A stretch of DNA of 64,000 bases, from NCBI GenBank assembly GCA_021773555.1, contig JAJFKA010000030.1:100435-164434 (forward strand), in the 5' to 3' direction. This document shows, piece by piece, positions 17,102 through 27,701 of this stretch (position 1 is its first letter; the number at the start of each line of letters is the position of its first letter). This DNA is from Gammaproteobacteria bacterium (lineage in GTDB: Bacteria > Pseudomonadota > Gammaproteobacteria > Pseudomonadales > Azotimanducaceae). The position numbers and the translations under genes were made by a program. Below the pieces are notes generated by a model. The model did not search any database. It was not told where the DNA came from and was given only the letters and a program-made list of their open reading frames with translations.

Positions 17102-19099
17102 CAGATGCCAGCTCGCGAGTCGTTTCCCTGCAAAATTACAGAAACCGCCAATGTCTGGGTCCCAATGGCCGATGGCAGCAGATTGTCGGCACGTTCATGG
17201 ATACCCGAGACCGCAAATCATCATCCGGTCGCTGCCATTATTGAATACCATCCTTACGGAAAGTCCCGGGCCACGGCAATCTCTGACGCTTGCCGGTACC
17301 GTTACCTGGCAGGATTTGGTTACGCCTGTATTCGGGTAGATATTCGCGGCACAGGTGATTCCGAAGGATTGATTACGGATGAATATACCCACCAGGAACT
17401 GATGGACGGGATAGAGTTAATTGCCTGGGTTGGCAATCAGCCCTGGTGTTCAGGCGCGGTTGGCCTGACCGGTATCTCCTGGAGCGGTTTCAACGCCCTA
17501 CAGATTGCCGCTCTGCGGCCTCCCGGACTCAAAGCCATCATCTCCTGCTGCTCATCGGACAATCGCTATGCGGACGATGTTCATTATCTCGGGGGCACGG
17601 TTCTGGCAGGCGATATGTTGCCCTGGGCTACGACGCTGCAATCAATTTGCGCACAACCACCGGACGCGTCCACCCTGGGGGCTGACTGGCAGGAACAGTG
17701 GCTGAATCGACTGGAAAACCTCCCCCACTTTGTTGAGCACTGGCTCTCACATCCACTCCGCGATGCTTACTGGCAGCACGGCTCTGTTTGTGAAGACTAT
17801 TCTGGCATCGAATGCCCGACTTTCCTGGTTGGTGGCTGGGCCGATGGTTACACAAACAGTATCTTGCGATTGCTGGAAAACCTGTCCAGCCCGAACCTTG
17901 GCATCATCGGCCCCTGGGCGCACAACTGGCCAGACACTGCGTCCCCAGGGCCTGCGATTGGCTTTCTTAAGGAAGCACTAAGATGGTGGGATTACTGGTT
18001 GAAGGGCGAAGACACCGGCATCATGGATGAACCGCAGCTGCGCTACTGGCTTGCCGGTCCGACATCGTCCTCGATCGCTCCGCAAGCGGGGGGCTGGGTT
18101 GCCGAATCCTGCTGGCCTGTACGTGAACCCACGGTCGTGGAACTCGCGATTAATCAGCACGGACTGGCGTCGGCACCAGCTGAAGTTACCCCGGTGACGA
18201 TCCAGGCAGATCTGGGGCATGGATTGAACGCCGGTGTCTGGTGTCCATTTGGTCTTAGCGCGCAATTGCCGGGCAGCCAAAACCACGATGATGAGACCAG
18301 CCAGTGTTTCGATTCCGATGCCCTGACGAAGTCCCTGACAATACTGGGCAATCCCAGTGTTGACATTGAAGTCGCCAGCAACAAACCGTTTGGCCATCTG
18401 GTCATTCGCCTGTGTGCTATCGGTCCGGACAAGGTGTCCACTTTAATCAGCCGAACAGCCCACAATCTCAATCACAGCATGGATCATAGTGAGCATGCGA
18501 TACTCAAACCCGGCGTCTTTAAAAAACTGCGTATCAATCTCGATGCCTGCGCTTCAAAAGTCCCGGCAGGCCACCGATTACGACTGGCATTGTCCTCCTC
18601 CTACTGGCCTTTGGTCTGGCCAACACCTGAAACGGCTCGGCTGTCGATCCGGTCCGGTTCAGCGCGACTAACCCTACCGCTTGCCGATAGCGCAGTTTAT
18701 GAACGGGCATTTGAACAACCGGAATATGCGCGGTCACTGGATTATGAGGTTCTGCAGCGCCCGGAATTTGCACGCAGCAGCGATCTGCAGTCAGGTCGCT
18801 ACGAAGTTAACCAGCATTCAGGCACCGGCAGGATTCGTTTGCCCGGTGGCGTTGAGAGCAGTTCAACGAGTCGTGACAGTTACTTTCTTGACCGCGCGGG
18901 TCCCCTGAACTGCAAGGTCATTTCGCGACGATCAGCAGAAGTGTCGCAATCCGCTGGCTTGTCGAATACTGAAATCCGCAGTGAGATGAGTGCCGATGGA
19001 ATCCACTTTTTTGTCAGTACCCATCTTTCAGTCAGTTTCGAGGGAGAATCCTTTTTCACGCGACAATGGGATTTCAAGGCAGCCCGCCTTGATTGTTAG
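17096..19099 (+). CDS. CocE/NonD-family hydrolase (X-Pro dipeptidyl-peptidase S15-like)
   Basis: IEYHPYGK..., RVDIRGTGDSEG and GISWSG nucleophile motif, with a large C-terminal beta domain. GTG start at 17096 or ATG at 17105. Confidence 0.85.
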   Translation: MIQMPARESFPCKITETANVWVPMADGSRLSARSWIPETANHHPVAAIIEYHPYGKSRATAISDACRYRYLAGFGYACIRVDIRGTGDSEGLITDEYTHQELMDGIELIAWVGNQPWCSGAVGLTGISWSGFNALQIAALRPPGLKAIISCCSSDNRYADDVHYLGGTVLAGDMLPWATTLQSICAQPPDASTLGADWQEQWLNRLENLPHFVEHWLSHPLRDAYWQHGSVCEDYSGIECPTFLVGGWADGYTNSILRLLENLSSPNLGIIGPWAHNWPDTASPGPAIGFLKEALRWWDYWLKGEDTGIMDEPQLRYWLAGPTSSSIAPQAGGWVAESCWPVREPTVVELAINQHGLASAPAEVTPVTIQADLGHGLNAGVWCPFGLSAQLPGSQNHDDETSQCFDSDALTKSLTILGNPSVDIEVASNKPFGHLVIRLCAIGPDKVSTLISRTAHNLNHSMDHSEHAILKPGVFKKLRINLDACASKVPAGHRLRLALSSSYWPLVWPTPETARLSIRSGSARLTLPLADSAVYERAFEQPEYARSLDYEVLQRPEFARSSDLQSGRYEVNQHSGTGRIRLPGGVESSSTSRDSYFLDRAGPLNCKVISRRSAEVSQSAGLSNTEIRSEMSADGIHFFVSTHLSVSFEGESFFTRQWDFKAARLDC

Positions 19100-19104
19100 G
19101 TCGG

Positions 19105-21189
19105 TCAGCGGGTAGCACTTATTGCCTGCTCAATCGCCTCGATAACGACGGATTCTGTGAGAATTTGCGGCAGCACGACCGCCTCGTTGGCCCCTTGTTG
19201 ATAGACCAGATAAAGCGGCACCCCGCTTCGACCATATTCAGCCAGCGCTCGGGTGATGTCCGGGTCTTCATTGGTCCAGTCGCCTTTAAGGTAAGTGACA
19301 CCGTGCTGGTCAAATACCTGCTTCACCCGCTCGGATGCCAGTGCGGACAGATCGTTTACCTTGCAGGTAATACACCAGGCAGCGGTAAAGTTGACGAATA
19401 CCGGGCCGCTGGAAACTGCTTCCTTCAAGGCACTTATCGAATACGGCTGCGCCCCCGGTCCGCCGTCCTGAACGGGTGGCGTGTCCGACGCGGGCGTGCT
19501 CGACACAACAGCGGTCAGCCCCAGCGCTGTGATGGTAAGCACAATCACGATCAAACGGTTGAGCCAGAATCGCCACGCTTGCGCTCCCTGTCTGAGCAGC
19601 CACATGGCGATGCCAAGCAATAACAGACCCACCAGAATCAGCAGCAACCCTTCACTACCGGTCTGCTGATTTAGCACCCAGATCAGCCATATGGCAGTGG
19701 CAAACATCGGGAATGCGAAAAATTCCCTGAGTACTTCCATCCATCTTCCCGGCTTCGGTAAGCGGGACAGGAGACCCGGTGACAGACACAACAACATGTA
19801 GGGAGCGGCCATCCCCAGACCCAGGGACACAAACGTGAGAATCGCTGTGATATTTCCCTCGGTGAGCGCATATCCAATTGCCGCACCCATGAACGGCGCC
19901 GTGCACGGTGCCGCGACCACAGTTGCGAGCATGCCGGTGGCAAAGGAACCGCCGTAGCCCTGGCTGCCAGCAAACCGATCACCAATACCCATCAAGCCGA
20001 GGCCAAACTCGAAATAACCGGAAAGGTTCAGTCCGATAATTACGAACAGATAAACGAGCAGGCCAACGACGACCGGCGACTGGAGCTGGAAGCCCCAGCC
20101 AATCTGTTCTCCGGCGGCACGCAGGGTCATCAACAGGATCGCGATAAACAAAAAGCTGACGACAACCCCTACAACATAGACGAGTCCATGGATTCGCAGG
20201 GTGCCGGCGTCCGCGTGCGTGCTTTGCACAAGGGACAGGATTTTGATCGACAATACTGGAAATACACAAGGCATGAGATTGAGGATCAGGCCGCCAAGAA
20301 ACGCGAACAACAACGCACGCCAGATATCGATCCCGGATTGTCCGGTCCGCATGACGCTGGGATGCACCTCAAACGCGGTTTTCAACAGCGCACCGGCATC
20401 TTCTTCAACGACTATGATCCCATCCAGCGCTGACTTGCCTGATTCAAATGCGAAGCCCTTGCGCAATTCCAGTTGGAACCCGCCGTCAATCAGCTCGAGT
20501 TTTTGTGGCGCAGGAAAATCAAGTACACCTTCCTCAAAGGGAAAAAAAACAATCGACTTTATTCGCGACTGATCGAGATCAGCCATCATCACGCTCAGCT
20601 TGAGACCGGCCTCACTCTCGCGATAGCCTGCGGTGATACCGATGTCCATGGGAATGCGCTGCCGCGCGTCCGCGATGAGGCCTGCAGACGAGGATGCTTC
20701 AGGGTTCGCCACGACCGGCAATTGCAGCTCAAGGCTCGCGCTCTCGGGAATACAGATATCCGCACAGACCAGCCAGTGTCCTCTGGCGGACAACGTCAGG
20801 CTGTCGGTGTGAATTTCAGCTGGCACCGTGATCTTCACGGGAAAAACGACTTCACCATGATAGCCAAAATTCAGCAACGGTCCGTAAGGAATCCGTTCAG
20901 GTGCAGGCCAGTGAATGTCGGATGCCACAAAACCCTTCGGTAGCTCCCAGACCAGACGAGTTGGCGCACCGGAGTCCCCGGGATTGCGCCAGTAGGTATG
21001 CCAGCCGGGTCTGATTTTTTGACGCAGCGCTACCCACAGCGTCTCGCCTGGAGCAATACCATCCGATGCGGAGATGAGTTCAGCTTCGACATTCCCCGAA
21101 TTAACGGGTGCCGCCTGCATGAATCCGCTGTACATCAGCGCCAGAAACATCAGGGTGGACCCGGTAACTCCGGGTTTTAATATCATCAT
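19105..21189 (-). CDS. DsbD-family thiol:disulfide interchange / protein-disulfide reductase
   Basis: Signal peptide and periplasmic N-domain, central CcdA-like TM core (MPCVFPVLSIK), and a C-terminal thioredoxin domain with WCITCK. Confidence 0.85.
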   Translation of the reverse strand: MMILKPGVTGSTLMFLALMYSGFMQAAPVNSGNVEAELISASDGIAPGETLWVALRQKIRPGWHTYWRNPGDSGAPTRLVWELPKGFVASDIHWPAPERIPYGPLLNFGYHGEVVFPVKITVPAEIHTDSLTLSARGHWLVCADICIPESASLELQLPVVANPEASSSAGLIADARQRIPMDIGITAGYRESEAGLKLSVMMADLDQSRIKSIVFFPFEEGVLDFPAPQKLELIDGGFQLELRKGFAFESGKSALDGIIVVEEDAGALLKTAFEVHPSVMRTGQSGIDIWRALLFAFLGGLILNLMPCVFPVLSIKILSLVQSTHADAGTLRIHGLVYVVGVVVSFLFIAILLMTLRAAGEQIGWGFQLQSPVVVGLLVYLFVIIGLNLSGYFEFGLGLMGIGDRFAGSQGYGGSFATGMLATVVAAPCTAPFMGAAIGYALTEGNITAILTFVSLGLGMAAPYMLLCLSPGLLSRLPKPGRWMEVLREFFAFPMFATAIWLIWVLNQQTGSEGLLLILVGLLLLGIAMWLLRQGAQAWRFWLNRLIVIVLTITALGLTAVVSSTPASDTPPVQDGGPGAQPYSISALKEAVSSGPVFVNFTAAWCITCKVNDLSALASERVKQVFDQHGVTYLKGDWTNEDPDITRALAEYGRSGVPLYLVYQQGANEAVVLPQILTESVVIEAIEQAISATR

Positions 21190-21240
21190 ATTACTGCTGT
21201 CGTTTTATAGAAGTGGCCCTTGCGTCGCTGAGCCTCGGGA

Positions 21241-22812
21241 TCAGGGTCGCATTCCCCAGGTTACCGGGCCCTTGAGGTCTTCAAGCAATGGCTGCACCCA
21301 TTCTACCCACTGGCAGAGTTTAGATCGCGTTCTTCTTGGGTCGATCAACTCATGGACGGCAAAACTCTCCATCATGGGAAAAGGAGACCGGTTCTGCATC
21401 AGCTTTTGTTCCAGTTCTTTGCGTTTTGCGTCGGGATCATCGGCGGCTGCGATTTCCCGGTGGAACGCCACGGCCACACCACCCTCCACTGGCAGCGCCC
21501 CCATTTCATAGGATGGCCAGGCCAGTTTGTAGGTGTTCGGTGCAAAATGGGCAGCCGAGGCGACTCCAAAGGATTTGTGCACGGCAATCGTGGCCCAGGG
21601 AACCGTTGACTGAACGGCTGCTGCAACCGCACTCATCCCATAACGAATGGTGGCAGCTTTCTCGGCGTCAGGGCCGATCATAAATCCGGGTTCATCCAGG
21701 AAATTGACGATCGGTATGTGAAAGGTATCGCAAAGCTCCATCATTCTTTTGGCTTTCTGTGAACCATCAGCCGTCATCGCACCGGCAAAATGTGTGCAGT
21801 CATTGGCGATGATGCCGACGACCGCACCGTTCAGTCTGGCCAGACCAATTATCTGTCCATGACCAAAGTGCGGGGCAATTTCAAAAAAACTCTCCTGATC
21901 CATAATCCGGATGATGACCTCGCGCATCTCGAACGGAATGCGACCATCCCGCGGAACAATAGAGACTAATGCTTCATCCGCACGGTCCGGGTCGTCGGTA
22001 CAGTGCAGGCGTTCGGGAATTTGCCAGATATTCTGCGGCATATAACTGAGAAATTGCCGAATCTGCTCAAAAGCCAGCTCCTCAGAATCGGCCACGTTGT
22101 CAACAATGCCGCTGCGCGTGTGAATTTTCCAGCCACCCAGCTCTTCTTTGGTCATCGAAACACCGAGGGCGCGTTCCACCAGTGCCGGACCGGCTACCAG
22201 CACCTGTGAAATTTCTTTCACCATGACAGAAAAGTGCGACGCTACCAGACGCCCGGCCGGGAATCCGGCGACCGGACCCATGGCCCCGGAGACCACAGGT
22301 ACTTCATTCATCGCCTGTGCAATGATCTTGAAACGCGGCTCAGCGTAAACCGGGGAACCGACTGTGACCGGTCGCTGACCGGAGCCGCCTGACCCCGCAA
22401 CGCTACCGCCTCCGCCTTCCAGCATGCGCACAAGCGGTACTTTGAATTGAACCGCCAGCGCCTCCGCATAGATGCTTTTACGCAAGCCAGCGCCATTGGG
22501 CGAACCACCTTTCAGGGTAAAATCCTCGCCGCCGACAACCGTGCGACGTCCGTTAATGCTGGCAAAGCCGACCACATAGTTCGCCGGTGTAAACTCTTCA
22601 ATGCTGCCATCCGCTCCTTTTTCGGCAAAACCTGCACCTTCTCCGTGCTCGGCGAAGCTGTTCTCCTCAACGAGTGAATCGATTCTCTCCCTGATCGTCA
22701 GTCGACCCTTGGCATGCTGCATAGCGACAGATTCGGACCCGCCTTGCTGCTTTGACAACTCTCTGCGTAGTTCAATCTCGTGAGCTTCCTTCTGCCAGCC
22801 CATGCCACTCAC
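21241..22812 (-). CDS. acyl-CoA carboxylase carboxyltransferase (beta) subunit
   Basis: 523 aa with two crotonase-like carboxyltransferase halves (GGEDFTLKGGS..., MLEGGGGS...). Confidence 0.85.
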   Translation of the reverse strand: MSGMGWQKEAHEIELRRELSKQQGGSESVAMQHAKGRLTIRERIDSLVEENSFAEHGEGAGFAEKGADGSIEEFTPANYVVGFASINGRRTVVGGEDFTLKGGSPNGAGLRKSIYAEALAVQFKVPLVRMLEGGGGSVAGSGGSGQRPVTVGSPVYAEPRFKIIAQAMNEVPVVSGAMGPVAGFPAGRLVASHFSVMVKEISQVLVAGPALVERALGVSMTKEELGGWKIHTRSGIVDNVADSEELAFEQIRQFLSYMPQNIWQIPERLHCTDDPDRADEALVSIVPRDGRIPFEMREVIIRIMDQESFFEIAPHFGHGQIIGLARLNGAVVGIIANDCTHFAGAMTADGSQKAKRMMELCDTFHIPIVNFLDEPGFMIGPDAEKAATIRYGMSAVAAAVQSTVPWATIAVHKSFGVASAAHFAPNTYKLAWPSYEMGALPVEGGVAVAFHREIAAADDPDAKRKELEQKLMQNRSPFPMMESFAVHELIDPRRTRSKLCQWVEWVQPLLEDLKGPVTWGMRP

Positions 22813-23106
22813 CCTGATGTTTTTATATAGTGGCGATCTTTATAACAATTACCCTGCATCGGATACAACTCACGTCAGTGGTACTATCCATAGCGTTAAT
22901 AGTGCTAATAGTCGATCGCCCAATGTAGAAATGACCTGCGCTTCATGTTAATTTGCCCCGCGATGAAATGTCGTCGGCTGTTTCCGTCAAGAAATCTTGT
23001 CCGTCCTGATTCTGTCAGTCCTGGTTCTGTCTACAGCGGCCACGGCTCACGAGGAATAACCCGAAAGAACTATCTATTTCGCTAATGTGCGAACACGAGG
23101 TCGCTT

Positions 23107-24249
23107 ATGCAGATTGTTGTACCACGAGAGACGTGGGCTCGCGAAAGGCGTGTCGCGCTCATTCCCGAGGCAGTAAAGAAGCTTACCCGGGCTGGCCTGT
23201 TGGTCGCCGTTGAGGCTGATCTTGGGGCCAAAACCGGCTACTCCGATCAGGATTATCTTGATGCAGGTGCGACGATCAATGCGAACCGGTCCGAATTGAT
23301 CAGTTCCGGGGATATGGTGTTACGGGTACGAAAACCTGATCCCGAGGAGATCCCGCTCACCCGGAAGGGTGCCATCCATATCAGTTATCTGGATCCCTAT
23401 AATGAATCCTCCCTGGTAGACGCATTACAAACAGCCGGAGTCACCGCCATCAGTATGGAGATGATTCCGCGCACCACGCGTGCCCAGAAAATGGACGCTT
23501 TAAGCTCCCAGGCGAACCTGGCGGGTTACGTGATGGTCATTCTGGCCGCACACAAACTGGACCGCATCCTGCCAATGATGATGACCCCCGCCGGAACCTT
23601 AAGTCCCGCCCGGGTTTTTGTAATCGGGGCTGGCGTTGCTGGTTTGCAGGCAATCGCAACCGCCAAGCGTCTGGGCGCGAGAGTCGAGGCATTCGATACC
23701 CGCCCGGTGGTCGCTGAACAGGTTCAGTCACTGGGAGCCAAGTTTGTCGAGATTGATCTCGGGGAAACCGGGCAAACCAAAGATGGCTACGCCAGGGAGC
23801 TCACGGCCGAGCAGCTCGAGTTACAACAACAGGGCATGAAGGCCGCGATTGCCCAGGCAGATATCGTTATTACCACAGCGCAGGTTTTTGGCAGACCAGC
23901 GCCACGCATCGTCAGCGCAGATATGGTCGCGGCAATGAAACCGGGCGGCATCATAGTCGACATGGCGGTTGAATCCGGTGGCAATGTTGAAGGTTCAGTA
24001 TCCGATGAAACCGTGGTCGTCAATGGCGTATCGATTATCGGTGTTTCCAACTTGCCTTCTGAAGTCGCAAGGGACGCAAGCCAGATGTATTCCGCTAACT
24101 TATTTAACCTGATCACAGAATTCTGGGACGAGGAGAACAAGACGTTCAATCTCAACCTTGAAGACGACATCCTGAAGGGGTGCGTTATCACCCATGAAGG
24201 CAATATTGTTAACGAAGCCATTCAAAACATAAGAAACCAGGAGCGCTAA
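23107..24249 (+). CDS. pntAA: NAD(P) transhydrogenase subunit alpha, part 1
   Basis: Alanine-dehydrogenase/PNT fold and VIGAGVAGLQA dinucleotide-binding motif. Confidence 0.9.
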   Translation: MQIVVPRETWARERRVALIPEAVKKLTRAGLLVAVEADLGAKTGYSDQDYLDAGATINANRSELISSGDMVLRVRKPDPEEIPLTRKGAIHISYLDPYNESSLVDALQTAGVTAISMEMIPRTTRAQKMDALSSQANLAGYVMVILAAHKLDRILPMMMTPAGTLSPARVFVIGAGVAGLQAIATAKRLGARVEAFDTRPVVAEQVQSLGAKFVEIDLGETGQTKDGYARELTAEQLELQQQGMKAAIAQADIVITTAQVFGRPAPRIVSADMVAAMKPGGIIVDMAVESGGNVEGSVSDETVVVNGVSIIGVSNLPSEVARDASQMYSANLFNLITEFWDEENKTFNLNLEDDILKGCVITHEGNIVNEAIQNIRNQER

Positions 24250-24250
24250 C

Positions 24251-24541
24251 GTGGAAGTCGTATTTCTCACCTTTATCCTCGTTCTGTCGATCTTCCTCGG
24301 CTTTGAACTGATATCAAAAGTACCGGCGACGCTGCACACACCGTTGATGTCCGGCGCCAACGCGATTTCCGGCATTACGCTGGCGGGTGCATTTTTGACC
24401 TCCGGCGCTGTCAACAATGAGATGGCATACATCCTTGGCACCGCAGCCGTGACCCTCGCGACGATTAATGTGGTCGGCGGGTACCTGGTAACGGACCGTA
24501 TGCTGGGTATGTTCAGAAGTAAGAGCGGGAGTGGCAAATGA
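24251..24541 (+). CDS. pntAB: NAD(P) transhydrogenase subunit alpha, part 2 (membrane)
   Basis: 96-aa three-TM protein between pntAA and pntB. The stop overlaps the pntB start by 4 nt. Confidence 0.85.
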   Translation: MEVVFLTFILVLSIFLGFELISKVPATLHTPLMSGANAISGITLAGAFLTSGAVNNEMAYILGTAAVTLATINVVGGYLVTDRMLGMFRSKSGSGK

Positions 24542-25950
24542 GTATCGAGCTGCTGGCTAATTTTTCCTACATAGTCTCTGCCGGGCTTTTTATCTATGGC
24601 CTGAAAATGCTGGGTTCACCAGCGACGGCAAGACGCGGTAACCTGCTGTCCTCCCTCGCTATGTTGATCGCTGTCATTGCTGGATTGTCCAGCAAAGGGA
24701 TCGTGTCCTACGAATTTATCATCGGCGGCATCATTCTCGGTGCAGTCATTGGTGCACTGGCGGCAAGGCTCGTCGCCATGACCAGCATGCCGGAGATGGT
24801 TGCACTGTTTAACGGCTCCGGTGGCGCGGCCAGTCTGCTGGTGGGCTGGGCAACACTGTATCTGGCAGACACGACGGGTGTTGCCGCGGTGCTCGGAGAT
24901 GCAGGCCTGATCAAGCAAGGAATTTCGACTTTTACCGCCATTACGGTTGTCCTGGCCATTCTGATCGGCGGTGTTACGTTAACCGGTAGCCTGATCGCCT
25001 ACGGCAAACTGAGCGAAAGGATTGGCAGTGCCGCCATTGTTTTTAATGGCCAACGGGTTGTCAACAGCTTGATTCTGGCTGGCCTGTTGGGTTCAGGTGT
25101 CATGTTCTGCCTGGCGCCGAGCGCTGATTCGCAGTGGCTCTATGCGGTCATTGGTTTGTCGCTGGCACTTGGCATCATGGCGGTCATCCCAATCGGTGGC
25201 GCTGATATGCCAGTTGTGATCTCACTCCTGAACAGCTACTCGGGGATCGCGGCCTGTGCAGCGGGATTTGCAATCAACAACAATATTCTCATCGTCGCGG
25301 GTTCGCTGGTCGGGGCTTCCGGCATGATTCTGACTAACATCATGTGCAAAGCAATGAATCGCTCACTGGCAAATGTTTTGTTCAGCGGTTTTGGAGCAGT
25401 TAAACAGGGTAAAGCGATTGAGGGCGAGGTAAAACCCATTTCCCAGGAAGATGCCTATTACATACTCGAAGCCGCCAGTAATGTCTGTTTCGTTCCCGGC
25501 TACGGCATGGCGGTCGCACAGGCGCAACACGTTGTTAAGGAACTGGGAAAAATACTCGAAGCCAACGGCGCCGAGGTCAGTTACGCCATACATCCGGTTG
25601 CTGGTCGTATGCCGGGTCATATGAACGTGCTGCTGGCCGAGGCGGATGTGCCTTACGAGCAACTCGTCGAGATGGATGACATCAACCCACGTATCGAGAA
25701 TGTCGATGTGTGCATTGTCATCGGAGCCAATGATGTTGTGAATCCCAGTGCCAGGGAAGATGAGGACAGTCCCATTTACGGAATGCCGATTATCAATGTA
25801 GACCAGGCGCGCACTGTATTTGTGTTAAAGCGATCGATGGCCTCGGGCTTTTCGGGCGTGGATAACCCTTTGTTCTTCAATGAAAACACGCGCATGTTAT
25901 TCGGTGATGCGAAAGAATCGATTTCAGGGATTATTGGTCAGTTTGGCTGA
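24538..25950 (+). CDS. pntB: NAD(P) transhydrogenase subunit beta
   Basis: 470 aa with a polytopic N-half and a soluble dIII NADP(H) domain (VPGYGMAVAQAQH..., GANDVVNP). Confidence 0.9.
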   Translation: MSIELLANFSYIVSAGLFIYGLKMLGSPATARRGNLLSSLAMLIAVIAGLSSKGIVSYEFIIGGIILGAVIGALAARLVAMTSMPEMVALFNGSGGAASLLVGWATLYLADTTGVAAVLGDAGLIKQGISTFTAITVVLAILIGGVTLTGSLIAYGKLSERIGSAAIVFNGQRVVNSLILAGLLGSGVMFCLAPSADSQWLYAVIGLSLALGIMAVIPIGGADMPVVISLLNSYSGIAACAAGFAINNNILIVAGSLVGASGMILTNIMCKAMNRSLANVLFSGFGAVKQGKAIEGEVKPISQEDAYYILEAASNVCFVPGYGMAVAQAQHVVKELGKILEANGAEVSYAIHPVAGRMPGHMNVLLAEADVPYEQLVEMDDINPRIENVDVCIVIGANDVVNPSAREDEDSPIYGMPIINVDQARTVFVLKRSMASGFSGVDNPLFFNENTRMLFGDAKESISGIIGQFG

Positions 25951-26038
25951 ACTCATGTTACAGGGACTGCGAGGCGCCGCTCATCACCTCGCAGTTCGAT
26001 ACAAACCGCCCGGATCGATTCCCAGTTCCTGGTTTCGG

Positions 26039-26380
26039 CTATAACGCCTCTGCAAACTTTGCTTCCATCTGAAAATAACCGCCTGCATCCGGGTGTCGTG
26101 ACCAGATTGCACCCCAGCCCTCCCCTTTGAAGACTTTTTCGTGGCCTGCATTTCTCGCTGCCATATCGTCCCAGCGGATAACCCAGGTGACATTGGCCGA
26201 GCCAAGTGGCAAGTCCATCGGTTTCGCACCGGCAATCTCCGGTGATTCACCTGAATCTATCCAGAAACCGACTATATCCAGGTTGTCTTTCAGAAATGGC
26301 ACTGCTTGCTCTATGGCCCAGGTTCTGTAGGCGGCAAACTTGCCGGGATCATAGTGATAGTTACGAATTTCATAGATCAT
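26039..26380 (-). CDS. NIPSNAP-family protein
   Basis: 113 aa. MIYEIRNYHY... start and ferredoxin-like dimeric alpha-beta-barrel character. Confidence 0.65.
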   Translation of the reverse strand: MIYEIRNYHYDPGKFAAYRTWAIEQAVPFLKDNLDIVGFWIDSGESPEIAGAKPMDLPLGSANVTWVIRWDDMAARNAGHEKVFKGEGWGAIWSRHPDAGGYFQMEAKFAEAL

Positions 26381-26513
26381 TTTATTATCCGTTCGCGATT
26401 AGTTATTTCCGGCCTGGTCAAAACTGGCATATTCTGCTGGCAGGCAGCAACCAGATTCGCAATAATCGAGTGATTCCACAATCATTAATTGCTCAAACCC
26501 ACGCGGAGAAATT

Positions 26514-27674
26514 ATGCAAGCCAGCCAATATCCCCTCAGTGATCCTGAAGCGTCAGGAATCGACACGATCAAGCTCAATGAGTTATTGGCAAGGGCGCGA
26601 AAGGAAGTTGATGACGGCTTGTTACCCTCGACACAAATTGCCCTGGCGCGTCATGGCAAGCTGATCGCGTTTGAAACTTACGGCGATGCCACCAATGACT
26701 CCCTCTATAGTGTATTTTCCTCGACCAAGGCAATCACTTCTGCTGCCGCCTGGTTACTTATTCAGGAAGGCACCCTGGATATCAGTCGACGGGTTGCGGA
26801 GATCGTTCCCGAGTTCGCCAGTAATGGCAAGCAGGACATCACTATCGATCAGTTGTTCACCCATACTGCCGGTTTTCCGCATGCACCTTTCCGGTCGACA
26901 GACTGGGATGACAAGACCCGGCGACTTGAGCGGTTTGCCGAGTGGGGACTAAACTGGCCTCCCGGGAGTCGGTTCGAATATCACCCGACCTCCTCCATGT
27001 GGATGATCGCGGAGCTTATCGAGCGCATTTCCGGGACCGACTTTCGCACCTTTGTGCGCGACCGTATCGCCCTGCCACTCGGTCTGCCCGACCTTTATGT
27101 GGGCTGTCCGGAGGATCAACATCACCGCATCACACCGGTTGTTCATGTAGGCGACCCGCTGACCAGTGAAGACTATGCGAAATTAGGTGTACCCGAACCG
27201 CCTGTGACCGAGGTAACGGAAGCTGCACTGCTCGCGTTTAACACCCCCGAAGTCCGATTGGTAGGTGTTCCCGGTGGCGGTGGCATCATGTCAGCGGCTG
27301 ACCTTGCGCTGTTCTATCAGGGCGTTGCTGGTGCAATCCCGACCGGCCATCGGCTCTGGTCAGCAGAAACCCTGGGTTTTGCACTGGAGGTAAGAACCGG
27401 AGACCTGGTTGATCAGATGACGAATATTCCCGTTAACCGTGCCCTTGGGGTTTGCGTTGCCGGCGACGAAAAACGCAATTTTCGAGGCTTCGGCCATCTT
27501 AATTCACCGACGGCCTTCGGCCATGGCGGCGCGGGTGGGCAACTCGGCTGGATTGACCCAGGCACAGGTATCAGCATCGGTTACTGCACCAATGGCCACG
27601 ACCGCAATGGTATTCGCCAGGGCCGCCGCGGCATCAGCCTGTCGAATCGCGCAGCGGATTGCCTGATGGACTAA
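26514..27674 (+). CDS. serine hydrolase, beta-lactamase/esterase family
   Basis: SSTK (S-x-x-K) nucleophile motif and HGGAGG near the C-terminus. Confidence 0.8.
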   Translation: MQASQYPLSDPEASGIDTIKLNELLARARKEVDDGLLPSTQIALARHGKLIAFETYGDATNDSLYSVFSSTKAITSAAAWLLIQEGTLDISRRVAEIVPEFASNGKQDITIDQLFTHTAGFPHAPFRSTDWDDKTRRLERFAEWGLNWPPGSRFEYHPTSSMWMIAELIERISGTDFRTFVRDRIALPLGLPDLYVGCPEDQHHRITPVVHVGDPLTSEDYAKLGVPEPPVTEVTEAALLAFNTPEVRLVGVPGGGGIMSAADLALFYQGVAGAIPTGHRLWSAETLGFALEVRTGDLVDQMTNIPVNRALGVCVAGDEKRNFRGFGHLNSPTAFGHGGAGGQLGWIDPGTGISIGYCTNGHDRNGIRQGRRGISLSNRAADCLMD

Positions 27675-27701
27675 ACAGCTGCACTGCCGCGTGAAGATCC
27701 G

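Noticed and set aside
19093-20943. Several 80-176-aa plus-strand ORFs.
   Set aside because: All are antisense to the 694-aa DsbD-family gene, which has diagnostic CxxC and TM-core motifs.
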